From assembly GCA_026770705.1 (NCBI GenBank), contig JANJGN010000071.1, forward strand, positions 1,426,001-1,490,000: a stretch of 64,000 nt of DNA, written 5' to 3'. Of the stretch, positions 62,805 through 64,000 are shown in pieces (within the stretch, counting starts at the first letter, position 1; each line of letters opens with the position of its first letter). Position numbers and translations under genes: made by a program. A model generated the notes under the pieces. The model made no database searches. It was not told the origin of the DNA and was given only the letters and a program-made list of their open reading frames with translations. The DNA is from Isurus oxyrinchus. Taxonomy: Eukaryota.

Positions 62805-64000
62805 GTAAGTGCTGTGTTATAATTACTCAACAATTCACATCCAACACTCAATGGGAAATAATAGTGTTTGATTTGCTTGTTTTTTGGCCGTGTTAACCAG
62901 CGTCACTATTTTTAATGATTTGTCTATTTCTGCTCCCAGATCCATGAGCTTATTGTGTGTGATTGAATCCACATCATAGCTGTAATGTAAACCGAGCTGA
63001 GGGGTGATGACACCTCCCCCCTGAGTGAAGTATCTCCTCCCCACTACACCTTCCACCCCTCACACTGTCCGTGTAAACCCCCGTCCCATCTCCACCCTTT
63101 CTTTCACCTCCAAAGTCCTTGAACGTGTTTCCATCTCCCGAATCCGTTCCCATCTTTCCCGGAACTCCATGTTTGAATCCCTCCAATCAGGTTCCCACCC
63201 CAGCCACTGTGCTGAAACAGCTCTTATCAAGGTCACAAATGGCATCCTGTGTGACTGTGACAAAGGTCAACTTTCCCTCCTCGTCCTTCTCGATCTGTCT
63301 GCAGCCTTTGACACGCTCGACCACACCATCCTCCTCCAACACCTGTCCACTGTCGTCCAGCTGGGTGGGACTGCTCTCCCCTGGCTCCATTCTTATCCAT
63401 CTCATCGTAGCCAGAGAATCACTTGCAATGGCTTTGCAGCATCATCTGAACAGTGTTAGTTTTCACCTGTCCACTGAGGATCCCCAGCTCTACCTCACCA
63501 CCACCTCTCTCGACTCCTCCACTGCTGCTAAATTATCAGGCTGCTTATCCGACATCCAGTACTGGATGGGCAGAAATTCCCTCCAATTAAATATTGGAAA
63601 GACTGAAGCCATTGCCTTCATTCCCCGCTCCAAACTCTGTTCCCTCGCTACCAACTCCATTCCTCTCCCTGGCAGCTCTCTGAGATTGAAGCCAATCTGT
63701 TCACAGCTTTGTTGTCCCATTTGATCCTGAGATGAGCTTCCGGCCTCATATCTGCGCCCTCACTAACACCGTCTATTTCCACCTCCATAACGTCGTACAA
63801 CTTCACCCTGTCTCAGCTCATCTGCTGCTGAAACCCTCATCCACGCCTTCATTACCTCCAGACTCAACTGTTCCAACAAACGCTCTACACTCCATAAACT
63901 TGAGGCCATCCAAAACTGCTGACCACGTCCTTACTCACACCAAGTCCCGTTCCCTTATCTCCCGCTCTGCTCAATGACCGAGACTGGCTCCTGGTCAAGC

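Larger units (their letters stand above)
45124..64000 (+). repeat. Segmental duplication copy 2 (matches 11861-31207; continues off window)
   Basis: Collinear near-identity throughout. Confidence 0.95.

Overview
Eukaryotic (vertebrate) genomic DNA; the repeat content (33-bp ACTGACCCTCCGACAGTGCAGCACTCCCTCAGT minisatellite, CR1/L2 LINEs, Penelope-type short repeats) suggests a cartilaginous fish (inference). The window is a recently duplicated cluster of Siglec-like (CD22/MAG/sialoadhesin-type) receptor genes. Each is built from a non-coding exon 1 with a PU.1-type site, a 40-nt signal-peptide exon, V-set exon(s) and C2-set exons, followed by one of two endings. One ending is an Arg-containing TM exon with a short tail (activating type). 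The other is a neutral TM exon plus Tyr-motif tail exons (inhibitory/adaptor type). Gene A (minus strand, ~7.1 kb to beyond the left edge) has its ATG changed to ATA. Genes B (14.9-20.0 kb) and B' (48.1-53.2 kb) are activating-type pseudogenes. Gene C (23.8-45.35 kb) appears intact: SP, an Arg-less polybasic V, a canonical V, C2, three tandem C2, TM and a Tyr tail. Gene C' starts at 56.6 kb and runs off the right edge. Bases 11861-31207 recur at 45124-64000, giving a ~33-kb tandem unit. Main findings: paired activating/inhibitory Siglecs; a two-V receptor whose distal V has lost the sialic-acid Arg and shows 14 amino-acid changes versus 1 silent change between duplicates; loop-focused diversity with patch gene conversion; and a promoter/exon-1 copy embedded in frame inside the cytoplasmic-tail region of gene C. 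Exon models were read by eye from splice signals and phase, with no transcript evidence.
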